A DNA stretch of 33,000 nucleotides from Iphione sp. A-MEVVRFRX5 (GCA_976226885.1 OZ320313.1:37572001-37605000), one strand, 5' to 3'; counted from the first letter of the stretch, positions 11,707 through 24,739 are shown. Numbers and translations are program-made. Notes: a model not told the origin generated them from the sequence alone.

Positions 11707-12647
11707 GGCTGATTCTACCAATTTTTGTACCAGTCTCGGAGATTACATGAGAAAAAATGTATATATTAATGAAAGGGTTACATACAAATATTAAATGGTA
11801 GTGTCATAACAGTAATAAATCAGGAAAATATATTCCTTTTACAGGCTTGCGAACAAGAATTTATGTAAAAGTATGTAATCTCCGAGACCAAAAGACACCT
11901 GTAACAATTATGGTTTTTGTTTATTTTACAAAAAAGAAACGATTCATATTCAAATAGGACCAGTATATATTTCAATTACATATACTTCTTGCACTGGACC
12001 TTATGGCCAAGTCACCATTAACTCCCTGATAAACACTGAAAATACAAAATATATATCATCTCGGAGATTACATAAGCATTTGTATACAGTCCCATATTTA
12101 GACTTGAATTCTTCATAGTGTAGATATAACTACATTATAATTTTATTTCATAATAGTCTATTAATAATTGCAGTATTCCAATTACAATAGCACAAAAACT
12201 GAGTTTCATATCATTTATATTAGTCTTTTACATAGGCATTAAAGAATGGTCTCGGAGATTACAAGTAAATTCTTATTAAAATATCATTGGTTCTTACACA
12301 ATTAAAAAACATCTTTTATTTACTCTCTTTTCTTCTAAATATTTTGACTATCTGTTGTCAATTCATCATGAATGCAATTATTGCAAATTACATATAAATT
12401 GCCTTTACATTCAGTAAACAGTCATTAATAATTGTCAACAGAACTAAGAAATCCAGCCTTTTTCTTTTAATTTCTTCCAAGATACTATCCTCAGACATAT
12501 GAATTACATACCACTAGACAGCATTGGAATTCTACTTTCTTATGGAACTAAACATTTAAATATAAAAAACAGAATTCACCTGCTAAGGCTAGTAAATTAC
12601 CTAATTTGTAATCTCCGAGGCTGGTACAAAAATTGGTAGAATCAGTC
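11707..12647. mobile_element. Non-autonomous DNA transposon, 941 bp, 41-bp TIRs, inserted in an (AT)n site
   Basis: Left TIR GGCTGATTCTACCAATTTTTGTACCAGTCTCGGAGATTACA (11707-11747) vs reverse complement of 12607-12647 GACTGATTCTACCAATTTTTGTACCAGCCTCGGAGATTACA: 39/41 identical. ATAT flanks both sides. The interior is AT-rich with no convincing ORF. Confidence 0.87.
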
Positions 12648-15600
12648 ATATACATGTGTGATTTAACATAATATAAGGTATAGTGTGTTATTTTGTATGC
12701 AGTTCGCAGTACAGTATCGGCTGCATGGATTGCAAGAATAGTGCTATTATCTAACAGTGTATCATGATATATATAATAGGTCTGCAAGGGTAGCAATACC
12801 AGTACTATGCAGTGTAGTTGATGCTAACAGCAATGTACTGTTAATTTACGTTTAATGTGTGAGAGTGAAGGGGGGTGAAAATCAGTATCGACAGGGAATT
12901 AACAAGAAGGGAGAAGAAAAAGTCAAAGGTGTCACAAAGGCGGAGACATCGGGAAGGAGGACGAAGATGACGGAGGAGGGCGATAAAAAAGGGATTATGA
13001 GAAAAGAGAATCGTAGAGTTCCAGTGAAGAGAATGGGGAAGCACCTAGTCTATTCAACGTAGTGTGCTAGTCAGGCTGCCGCACTCTTACAGCAAAGCAA
13101 TATCCCCTGGAATCATAAATTTGGTACACTTTTACAAGCGTCTTTTCCTTTCTTGCCTACACTCTAGCTTATTGCACGCTTAGAATTCAAAGAATACTTT
13201 CTATGGGAAAACAGTTAAGTTTCCTTTGGCTTTAGTGTCCCTGAACTATGCAAATGTTGCCAAGAGGGTTGACAGGCGAAATTCCCTGAAGAGGAAAGCA
13301 AAGAAGTTTAATTCCGTGTTCTCTCATATGATTATGAATTCCTTGTCATATTGCTACACAAGGGAATGTTTTCCTGTTCGTTAAGAACGCATATATGTAT
13401 AATGTCACAGATAAGAGAGTGGATATTCACAGTTCTATTTGGCCATGTCACATCATAGCTATTGCCTTATTGTCATTGGTGGTCTAATCGTACATGTCTC
13501 AGTTGGCATCCTACTGACAATCGTTTTCAGGTCTCAGCATCTGAATTTAAACGATCTGCTGTACAAAACCCAAGTACAACTCACGGAGTATCCGCTTTAT
13601 AAAAGAGACTGAAACGGGAAATATTACTGCAAAGAGAAAAAATATGCAGATATTATGGTACAATCACATTGATATATTATACACGATCAAGGTGCGCGTC
13701 ACGATGTTTTATACACCCGTGTGTTCCGAGGCGAGGTAGTACATGTAAATTGAAATTGTTCACATGATGTGTCACTCCGTCTGCCTCAGCCACCTTCTAT
13801 ATCAGACCACTGTCAAGCAGAAAATTGCCTATACCCTAACATCAAAGCAATTCCATGTTAAGTGATTTAAAATATGCATATTCACATATGATGTAGCCTT
13901 GTTATTGCAATGTTAGTGGACTGCCAACGTTAATTATGTAGATAGTGATGCTCTGGATATAGATTCTGTAAGTAGGTGCCTCGCTAATATTAATTGTTAG
14001 TGGAATATAATACCAAGGGATATCAAGATGACTTGTTCGTAGATGTTCTCAATGCTTGTAGAAAAGTGATGTTGACTGGAGGGATCAGGTCAACTTCACT
14101 CGGAGGTGGTACAATTTCGGCGGAAGAGTATCCTTTGGACACCAAATAAAATTTGAAGACAGGTCGTCTTTCCTACATCCCGTGCAACCTGATTCTAGAA
14201 TGGAAAATACTTCCCATTGGGGGAAAAGAAAAAACATTCATGTCGCAGATATCTGGTTCTAATCAGGCAGTAAGAATATCTTACAATTTCACAAGAGCAT
14301 TCCCGCGAAAAAATGAGACAAAGGATTTTTCTTAATTTTCTTTATTTCCACTTGGGTTGCAAGTACGGGGTATATACATTCAATACATTACTACAGTTAT
14401 GTCTGCTATGAAATATGTCTATGAAGTTAATGTTATGTACATGTAAAATGATAATGTGATGTGATAGTTATAATGGATAGAAAGTAAAAATGAGGTAGCA
14501 CCACTATCACTATTTTGGTCATGCTCTTACAATGGAGATTCAAATCAGTGTCTTATATCTTAGTCCTCTCGGGTTTACATGAAAATGAGAAGGGGCAATG
14601 ATGAACACTGACAGAACCCCATGTATTGATGTTATGGCACATTTATTAGAATAAGAAGCAGCACAGGCCAAACAATGTGTACAATTGTGAAATTCCAGGT
14701 ACATGTACATTGTTTTTAAATATGGTATGTAATTTAGCGACTATTCCAACAACAAAACACCTCTCCCCCTTTCAATCAAATAAAGTTTGTTACACAGCAG
14801 GTAATGTAACACAGTACTGGTTGTGATAGAGGATGTGTCATTAATAATAATGTTCTCCAAGTACTGGTGTAATGTAAAGTGTATTTCCGCTAAGTCCTCA
14901 TGTTTTTAGAATCAGCTCTCAGTGGAAACTGCTCCTATGTAAAACATTGTAATAGCTTGTGTTGTGGGGTCATGTCTTGTGTGAACAAAGTAACTCTTGT
15001 CTTCATCTTCTGAGGTACCCTGGATATGTTGCTCTGTCACATTACACCTGATAAAACAATTGACAACTAGAGTTCAAGCTTTAATTAATGGTTGTTTCTC
15101 GATCATGCAATGCTTATGTGTAGTGTTTGTCATAAGGTTTAAGTATGCATAGGGAGTTGTTCCAATGCTCTCGTTGAACTTGCCACTTGCTGAACTCTGC
15201 TATACTGTATACTGTGAAGAAGAATAAAGGCTGTATTAAAATCTAGCAGTGTGGTGTACACTTTGTTGTTACAGTTGGCATATGTAAAGTGTTTAAATTA
15301 ATGTCCAAGTCTCTGCATCAAAGCTAGTAGGGCCCAGAATTACGAAACTTTCAAGTTAATGATCTGTATATTACGTAATTGATAAATTAGGATTGCAGTG
15401 CTAATTTATTTCCCATGAGATCAAAACTAGGCAAACAGGTCGTCAACGTGATGGGACTGAAAACTAAACGTATTCCTCAGTGTTACACCTGTTTAGTCGG
15501 TTCCATACCTTACCTATAGGATGACATTGAATCGCATGTAGGACAGGGCGATGGTGTTGAGCTCAACAGTTCATATACATTTTACCACTAGGCCAAGAAC

Positions 15601-18109
15601 TAGGCTGGTAGCCCAGGTGGGCCACTCGTTACTCTGAAATTCCTTAAGCCTAGTGGTACATTCATCATCAATTTGGGTATTGGAATCGCTAACAAAAGTT
15701 GTCTTAGAGTCTGAATTCTCTACTGAGTGGCTGGCTCAGTGAACACGTATATATACAACGATCACCTAAGGACCACAAACCTCCCTGAAACAAGGAGGAA
15801 ATGGTGAGCGGTACTACGACGATGAACTAATATTGTCTCAATGGGACCCATGTAGAGTAATGGTGGGTGATAGACGTAGGTCGTCGGACTAATCAACATT
15901 CCTCACTAATTACCGTGTATGGAACACATAGGAGCGACTAAGTGAGCGTAAAACAGTCCCCCTCCCACCGCCCTCCCCGCCCACCCATCAACCTCCCGAA
16001 CCTTTCACTCCCGCTATTTGCCGTTTTTAGTCTCTGTCGTTGAGGCCATTAGGAAATAGAGCTTGCACTTTCTTGTCTTTTTCATAGTGTCTTGCTCTTT
16101 CCTTCAGTCTTCATACGGCCTTTTTAGTATTTACCACTTGCTATTACTCTCGCCCTCTCTTTCTCTCAACATCACCCTCCCCGTGCTTTAAATGTGTCAA
16201 TCTCTCCTTCATTGTGTTTCTTTCTATCTCCGCTTCTTTCTCCCTATTTTGCGTTTGTCTTTGTCTCTCTGTATCTCAGCCCATGGCTTTGCGTATCATC
16301 CCCCTTCCTATCTCTGTCCCTATGTGTCAAGTCCTCCTCCTCTCACCTGTTGTCCAGCCATGTTTTAATCCCCATTGCAGATTTATCTATATGGTGCCGA
16401 CTACCAGACTTGGAATCATAGGAGAGACCACATGACAGTAATAAAGGCCTCAACCGGAATCTTGATTTTAAGGGTAGCAGGGGAAATGGGTAACTCGTAT
16501 TCAGTTCACCCTTCTAAACAGTGCAACTCGTACTGAAAGATACATTTTTCATCCTCTGTTAGTCTCTTTGCTTTCCACTCTCACCCATCGTCCTTTCGCC
16601 CTTTCTTTCCCGTTGTAAGTCCTTCCAGTTTTGCAATACAAAATGCATTTGCATACAATTATCTGATTAAAAAAACGTCTATAGCTGGCACTTTTTGTGA
16701 GGTCATAAGGTCCATCCACTCAACTACGCAGAAGGAGACATCATGTTCCTTCCGACACATTTGTCACAATGAATAAGCCCGTAAAGTGTTACTTTAAGTT
16801 ATAAATAAACCCCTGTCTGAACCACCCACTTCACATAGCATGGCGCCGGACTGACGCCCAACGACGCTAGTAGCTGACGCTAAAATGCACGGTACCCAGT
16901 TAACAATCACGTCAGATCACACATCACATGAGAAGGGCCAACCCAACGCCAGTACGGCCTACACCTGAGATTGCCGATTCAGTGAGGAAGACAGAGAGTG
17001 TATACAAACCTCCAACATCGGGCAGGCTTACCTCATACCTTCTCCCTGACATTGCCCCTACACCAGCTCTACTTACCCGATAAATGTACTTAATATCGTA
17101 CCTACAGGCATATATTTCCTACCCTACCCGCCTCCCGCCCTCCGCATATCCACTAGCCTATCTGATACTACTCTATTGACTATGCTACCTATACTACTTA
17201 ATGACCCAGCTACCAACCAATCTACCGACCAATCTGTCCATGAATTTATCTATTTACCTATTAGCCATTTACCTACCTACCAGTGTCTACCTCCCGCTGA
17301 CTACTATATTCCATCATTACGACTAACTACGCCACGACCATGATAGTGCCCCGTACCATCACCGTACCATTTCTTCTATCACCATACCACTCACTCCCTA
17401 GACCATGCCCGAATCACTTCCTACTGCTAACGCTAATTTTCCGCTCCAGACTGCCATCACCGCACCGTCACCCAACCCCCGCCACACCATAACGACGATC
17501 ACATTCCCTGCCACAGCCCACCAATTTATTATGTCGGGTAGATTCCCAACCACCACACAATCTACTCCAAGACCCCATGACCACACCATTCCCTCCACCA
17601 TGACCGCACCTCCTATGTTCACCTCACCACAAACATACACACAACCCCCAGTATCCCCCGGTCCCTCAACTATGTGGTGAGCTCACCTATGATTTCATGG
17701 ATCATGTTGACTAGGGAAGACGAAAAGGAGTAAGAACCACAAACTCATTACATATGAGACATCACAACAAACACACTGCAATGAGTGACGGATGGTTTTT
17801 GGAGTGCTTGAATAGGCCTTGGCTGTATAATGCCCAGTTTCCTTACCTGTGTTGGTATGCATGTGCGGGACCTTCTGGGACCAGTCCGAGAGGTGTTCCG
17901 TACCTGCAGGTGTGCTTGTGTGTGCTGATGTGTGTTTGGTGTGCGTTGCCAATTTTCGGTCCCTGCCTTTTTATTTCCACACACGCATAGAGAGATGAGG
18001 GTTTTAAGCTGGATAGACACTGTCTATCAGGTGATATAGAATATATAAAATTGTTGTCTAATTTGTATATAATTTATACAAGAACATGCTACTTATTCAG
18101 GTTCAGTCG

Positions 18110-18282
18110 GAATTCATTCCGATCAGCACCAAACAAAATGCCATTTACACAGATTTAGGCAGAATTCCTTCTGATAAGCATTTACAAACCTTACCATTTA
18201 CACAGATTTGGGCAGGATTCATTCTGATCAGCACAAAAACGCCATTTATACAGATTTGGGTGGAATTTCTTCTGATTAGCAC
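18110..18282. repeat. Minisatellite, 48-53 bp unit, about 3.4 copies
   Basis: Units start at 18110, 18162, 18215 and 18263, of the form GAATTCATTCTGATCAGCA...CCATTTACACAGATTTGGGCA. This explains the repeated peptide in ORF 18086..18451. Confidence 0.85.
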
Positions 18283-20789
18283 TCACTCTCTATCTTTCTC
18301 ACTCTATTTCTCTCTCTTTCACGCACACACCCCAGTGTGTGACAGTACGGGCTATCAAAAACGCGTGCGAATACATGTTAATGCACACGGACAGCAAACG
18401 CAAAGAGACCCATGTCAACGCAGGAATGGAAACCAGGCCTTATGTATATGACCATAATTGGTTTTGCATAATTTGGGTGTGTTTGCGACCCTTTTCTGAC
18501 ACATCTATCAGCAGATAAGGGCAAGTCTGTGTGTGAAAAGGTTCCTTACACAGGGTAAGCTGTAAGTGTTTTGATGGGCAGGCAACTGTATCATAGGTTG
18601 TTTTTGTGTTTTTATGTGTCTGCGTGTGTGGAATAAAGCTATACTCTCCCTGTGTCAATATGTGTCGGCTCATCCATATGAATTAAGCAGTGTTTATCAG
18701 CACATGTACACTTACATGTTTACGGTTCTGTCAGTTCGCCTTGTTTGCCTACAGGAGTATGTTTGTATGTCTAGATGTGATGGGGCCCTCTTTTTTGAAT
18801 GTGTCAACATATTTTCATATTCTGTGCGATTATGGTTACTTTCTGGAGTACCGCTGCCTAAACATATCTGAGTATCTATGTCTTCTAGTTACTTATAAAG
18901 GTGTACTAGTTATTTCAGGTAAAAGTAAATCGACAGAGAACAAAGAAGAAATGAGAGAGGAACATGCCTTCCATGGAGTCGATCACAAACTGCCCTTTTA
19001 GAATATACGCACTTAAGTTATTGTGACGTCTTTTTATGACAGCAGTTACCTCGCTTTCCTCTTGCATTAGCGGTGGATAATTCTGAAGCAAATCCGATCG
19101 CATCAAGGTGTACAGATCAATCACTTTCAGGTCGGATTTTGACATGCGTTTCCTGCATCTAGAGTGCTCCTGGGGGGGACTGAACAAACAAACCTATGAT
19201 TTATCAGTGTGTCTCTGCCAAATTTGTTGCCTGAGTACAGCCGTTCAGGTGTCCCGTGGGCCAACGCTTCGCATGTCGTAGCCACATACATGCCAGGACC
19301 GGAGTCAGACATTTTCGACGAGTCTTTACACAGAGTTGCGGAGAGACGTAAGGAATGAGTATGGGATACGGAGGGAGATTCGAAGCGGGGCCAGTAGAGA
19401 GGAAGGGCGAAAGGAGAGGGGGAAAGGAAAGATAGGGTGAAAGTGATGGAGCGAGAGTGACTGAGTGGAAGGAAGGAAGAAAAATGAGACGTTATGGTTC
19501 AGAATAAAGCGGACGGGTCCTTTGCTGCCCAAAATGCACCTTTTTATTGTTGTCCTTTGTGCAATATGACCACTTTCATCCGGTGACAGATAAAAATAAT
19601 TAGGTTGTCCTGAACAGACAACTTCTCTTGTCAGAATGCACAGTTTTGGAGTTATGGCCTTGTACGACTGGTTATTAAAGGGCCAGACCCCGTGGCCGGC
19701 TCCAACGTAAACTGACATCAAATAAGAGAAACGTTAGATATAAAGGACCCATCTGTAGGTTACGTTTCGTGTCTCCATAGCCCCCTCCCCCTTTCTGGCT
19801 GTCTGTCCATGGCTGTCCCTGCCCCCCCTCTCTCTCCACATGTTTATTTATACATGTATATAAATGCTGGATTAATTTGGATGGTCAACAATGATTATTA
19901 CCTGGAAATCCTTACGTGTGCACTCTTAAAGTCATGTTCCTTACTGCTAACCATGCGTTATACCATCCGTCACGCGCTGCTCCGATGTCAAAAATACAAT
20001 AATTTGTACATGCTGCTATTATAGAATACTTTCTCCCATAATGGTCTCTTTAATTTGACTTAATACAATATGGCTACACCATGATGAGGACATACGTAAT
20101 TGACGGTTTAAAGCAAACGCATCAGCCACGATCATCCGAACCGTTACTGCCGTATCATTACCTGGTGTATCATTTCTACTCGTTTCCATGCAAATTACAG
20201 GTTTCCTATGATGACCTGATGAAAACAGTCCACCTGGAAAAATGATTTAACCTGTCACTTTCAACCCCTTCATGACTGTCCAAAATTAAATTTGGTAATA
20301 CGTGACTGTAGATTGATATGTCATGTTCAGTTACAGGGTTATTACGAGAGATGTCTTGTAATGTTATATATCATGTGAAAGCCCTTGTATTGCATATTAT
20401 TTTGGCAATATTGCCATTCCATTTATTTGTCAGCCATGGCAAGAAGATAGGATTGAAGGAAGATATAATTTAGATAATTTTATATTTAATCTACTTCAAT
20501 ATACATGACTAGAAGGCAAACATTGAATAGTATTGCTCCTAGAGGAAGTGCTCAATTAAGAAAGCAGGTGATATCAAGTGTTTTGATACCTACTTGTCCG
20601 TGTATGTGACACACATTTTGTGTAAGAAATAGATACATCGTACTGTAATTTTTACTAATTGTTACATCACAGTGGGAATCGATCAATCAAATGGCAACAA
20701 TGTCACATAAAAATTACGTGCGCACTAGCCGCTTCCTCCACTGCTGGCATTCGGCTAATTGACATACTAAGAAAATAAAACTCAAAAGG

Positions 20790-21355
20790 CAAACATCTAT
20801 GACACTTTCTCAAATTACCAGAGTATAAACAAAGGGGTTACCACAAGGATCAGTCTTAGATCTGATTCTAGTCAGTCTGTATATGTAGATATATATATGA
20901 TTTGCCTAGTTATTATAACAAGAATTGTCAAAATACATGTTTGCTGATGTTACCATAGTAATTACACAGGATACAGACTCAGGTATTGCTGTAGACAAAA
21001 ATGATTAATTCACTGATAAAGTACATCTATTTGCGTGGCTGTCATACAACAGACTTTAATTGAATATCAAAATAATACATTGTATTTTCTAACAAAAAGA
21101 TGCAGGTCTTTGATTAATTACCAAAGGTATGCAAAAACCATTACCCCAGAGAAGTTCATATACAGAAGTATCTCTGAATTTGTATAGAGTTCAAATTAAC
21201 TTTCAAATATGATAGCGTTCCAACTTCCAAGAAAATGAGAAACAACGGTTATTGTCTTTTAAGGATGTCAAATCTATTACATAGAGAACGGATACTACTG
21301 CTATTTGAGACCGGAATTGGGCCTATATCTGATGATATGATAATGAAACGGGTAG
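20790..21355 (+). mobile_element. Decayed non-LTR retrotransposon (CR1/L2-like LINE) reverse-transcriptase fragment
   Basis: Manual translation across stops and frameshifts gives GLPQGSVLDLILVSLY (from 20835; cf. RT motif GVPQGSVLGPxLFxxY), then DLPS, MFADVT (cf. catalytic [YF]ADD), WLSYNRL*LNIK (cf. WxxxNxLxLNxxKT) and a downstream LTFKYD...LLRMSNLL segment. Confidence 0.8.
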
Positions 21356-24300
21356 GAGTTTTTAATTAGGTATTAACATAAAGATAATGTAAAAACAAAT
21401 TATTCAGAAAGCTTTTCCGAATTCATAAACTTACACCAACACTTTGTTCAAACAATGTAATCCCCTTGACTGTACTCCAAAGAATCCATGTACATATGTT
21501 CACAAGAGTCCTTAGAAGTGTCAATAAAAAGAGTGTTTCAATTCCGTTGAAGGTACCGATCGCATTTTCGGATAGCAGTCTAGGTGGGCATTCTGAACTC
21601 GATTCAGTTTCATATCGTGGACTTCCCAAAACACCCACTTGAACACCACGAGTGACCAGACCTATCGGTGACTATAAGCATGCGATTGGTCTGATGGCAG
21701 TCGTCTGGACAGGCAGACAATCAGGCGGGGCAGTCACATCCAGAACTTCATATTGCATTCCAATCTTATTTCTTTTCAACGTGGCGACGATGAATTCAAT
21801 ATAGCTCTTATAAGAATAACAAAACTATCATCCATCATGTATATTACGATGTCGTTTCGCCCTCTATAGGTAATTGTAGGCGCTTTATTTAACAAAGGCG
21901 GCTAATACTTCTGTTACAAGAAGGCTGGGCACAATTCCAACGCATATTTTGATTGACAAGGCAACTCGAGAGAGATCTTCTACGTTATAAGTCGCGGGTG
22001 TCCTCTTTTCCACATGGGGGGAGGCGGGTACAGCTCTCAATAGTCCAGTTATGAGTAATTTCTGACACCTTTCTTTTCTCCAATATTTGCATACATGATA
22101 CATTATATTCATCCACCATTTCATTATTTCAGTACTTCTCTGGAATTCCATCAAAGTTGTTTTTACCTACTGAATTAGGTTCGATTAACTTATTATCTTT
22201 CAAGATATTCAATGAAGTGCTGACCCCCTGTCAGGTTTGCCTGGGTATGCCCTTCTCCCACGCACCTTTAACGCTTGGTTCTACGACAATTTAATATGAA
22301 TTCCTTCCTGTTTTGCCCTCCTCCCCCTCTCACATACCTCACTGCTCCACAATGGAGGGAGTGTTACACAACATGCCTTTCTTTTCCTCCATAACTTCTG
22401 TCACTTGGCGGTCTTGTACTACTGCCCAGCAGGAATGTCAGAATGTACTACTGGCTCTTGCAGCACCCCTACGAGGCACCACCTCACTCTAGGTGTGCAA
22501 CTGTGACTTGCACAAACGACCGGCCTTTCTGCGCACATTTGATTCTTGCTATAGAACGGCATAATTTTGTGTTTTCTCGAAGTTTTGATCCACAATCTCC
22601 GAGTCTACGCCTCGAGATATATTGTGGTGTAAAACTGGCATGCTTTTCATTCGAGAATTCAAATTTGCTCCTGGGATTCTCCGCCGCACTTTCCCTGCTG
22701 AATGAGAATGTAATGGAAAACAAACTGACCTTATATTTTGAACCGAAGATATGTTTCAGCGTATGCCACACATCCTCAACACTACAGATCGCTAATGTTC
22801 TCCATGCACTGCAGATGATGACTTACTCACGTGGGAGGGGCGAAACACACAGACACATAGACAAGCAGACACACATACGCACACATCCTAACATTCAAGG
22901 CATAGATACATGTATATTGAGAATATTTGGTATATCCACTCTTCTCATGAATTTTGCTATACATGTCACAGTCAGGGAACAAAGGGTACACCAGTGCAAA
23001 CCTGTGGAAACTAAAGAACATTTTGGGGCATAATCTGGTGTGAAGATCATGTAAATAATACTTCTATATCTTGAGATCTATCAATCGCAAGTTGATACAA
23101 CCACTGTTTCAAATAGATGGAATTTAAAGAATAATACCTCTTTGACACTCTATAATAGAAAACAATTGGATGCTGTGAATTTTAATTACTTCACAGAACC
23201 AGTTCCAGAAAGGATATCTTTGACAGGAATTTAGTTCTTAATAGAACATTTTTCATATTTCATAGCGAATTAACGCATCTGCATATCACACCACATTACA
23301 TAAAATTACCTTATTACGAATAAAACTTTACCAAAATTAATTTTTGCAACAAATTACTTATGAAAAATGAGCAAATAAAGTTTTTCATGACATTTTCATT
23401 TCCCCCATTTTTACACATTTTAAATTGTTATTTGATATTTTGGCTCAAATATATTGGATACCCCTTTTTTCGATGGCTGGCCACATGTGTCTTTATGGTG
23501 ATAAGTGCATTTCATGAATTTCTTTTCTGTGCATATCAAAACCTTGATTAATACTGACATATATGAGACAAAAAGTTGCTAATTGTGCACGGCGTTTTGA
23601 GAAGATATCACCGCTCCGTGGCACGTTTCCTTCGGCTCACGACAGAGGGTGGGCATTTATTTCAAAAAGAGGACAACTATAATGTAATGATATATTTTTA
23701 GATTTGGTTTTCTTTAATTTGGAATAGTCCTCAATTTCAAGCAGCCCATGCACACCTGCAGAGTATCACGACAAAAAGGTAATATATTGTGCAGTCGACA
23801 TTCCATTCCATTTAATGTCATATCATTATCTGTAATTAATTTAAAGACCAACCGCTGGATTAAAAGTTATACCACTACCTTATGAACATAATTACCAAAG
23901 ATCCGAAAGTACACCCGTGAGTTTTTTTTGTTAGAGGAACAGCTTGTGTGTTCGTGCGTTGGTGTCTTTTAAGCACCGCCACGAGGAGTAGCTGGTGAGA
24001 CCGTGCCAAGATTGTAAAGCGCATGGTGCCTATGTATTTTTCGGGGCCAGGAATTCTCTCCCTTTTGGCAGAGAGGACGAATTGTTTAGGACGTTTTCTT
24101 GGTCATAAAGTGCAACGTTCACCCCTCCGCGTGCGAGGTACACGTATGCAATGTATCATCCAGGAGCTACAAGGGAGATTGACATAGTAAGTAGAGAGAG
24201 AGAGCATATCTATCCTTGTATACCAGCCAAGGGAGAAAGTACAGTGTGTGCATTCCTAAGCCTTAGTTGATGGGCAGGAGGGAAAGATACTTTTCTCAGC

Positions 24301-24670
24301 ATTGTCCACTTCTAGTACGGCGACTCCATTGGCTGTGCAGACAGTATTTACTGAAGGTTTCCCCAGAGGAATAGACGTTTGCAGTTTTCACCAAAGAAGA
24401 ATATGTGTACTTGTAAGATGACCCTCGTTCTACGACAACAAGCCGCTGCATCTCATATCGTTTGTAACTGCCACTTAGGAAAATCATATAAGCCTTGTAA
24501 ATGTTCAGCTATAGGGACGGTCGTTTTAGTTTGGCATATAATATGTTTGCATTCCTCACAGACAAATCCATACGTAGATACATGTTTTCTGCCATGAAGT
24601 TTGTTTATTCCCTCTCTATCTTGAAAATGATATTTTCTCTAATTACCTACTTATATAAAAAGGCATCGTT

Positions 24671-24739
24671 CCGGAAATCCGGTTCGACCTCAGTGTATGC
24701 TGGGAGATGCTCCTTGAAAAAGCCAATTCAAAATGGCGG
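24671..24739 (+). promoter_or_regulatory. Cluster of core-promoter-like motifs (ETS, CCAAT, YY1)
   Basis: CCGGAAAT (24671-24678), AGCCAAT (24721-24727) and CAAAATGGCGG (24729-24739) within 70 bp of CpG-retaining sequence. Motif matches only, no functional evidence. Confidence 0.25.

Noticed and set aside
15720-15900. SINE-like look (TGGCTCAGTG A-box-like motif)
   Set aside because: No B box, tail or TSD identifiable.
18086-18451. 121-aa ORF with repeated peptide
   Set aside because: Translation of the ~52-bp minisatellite.
22443-23033. Longest ORF (196 aa, +)
   Set aside because: No recognisable domain, runs through CA-rich simple sequence and overlaps antisense ORFs.
23260-23635. AT-rich block ending in ...GGCACGTTTCCTT, MITE-like
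   Set aside because: No matching TIR or TSD found in the window.
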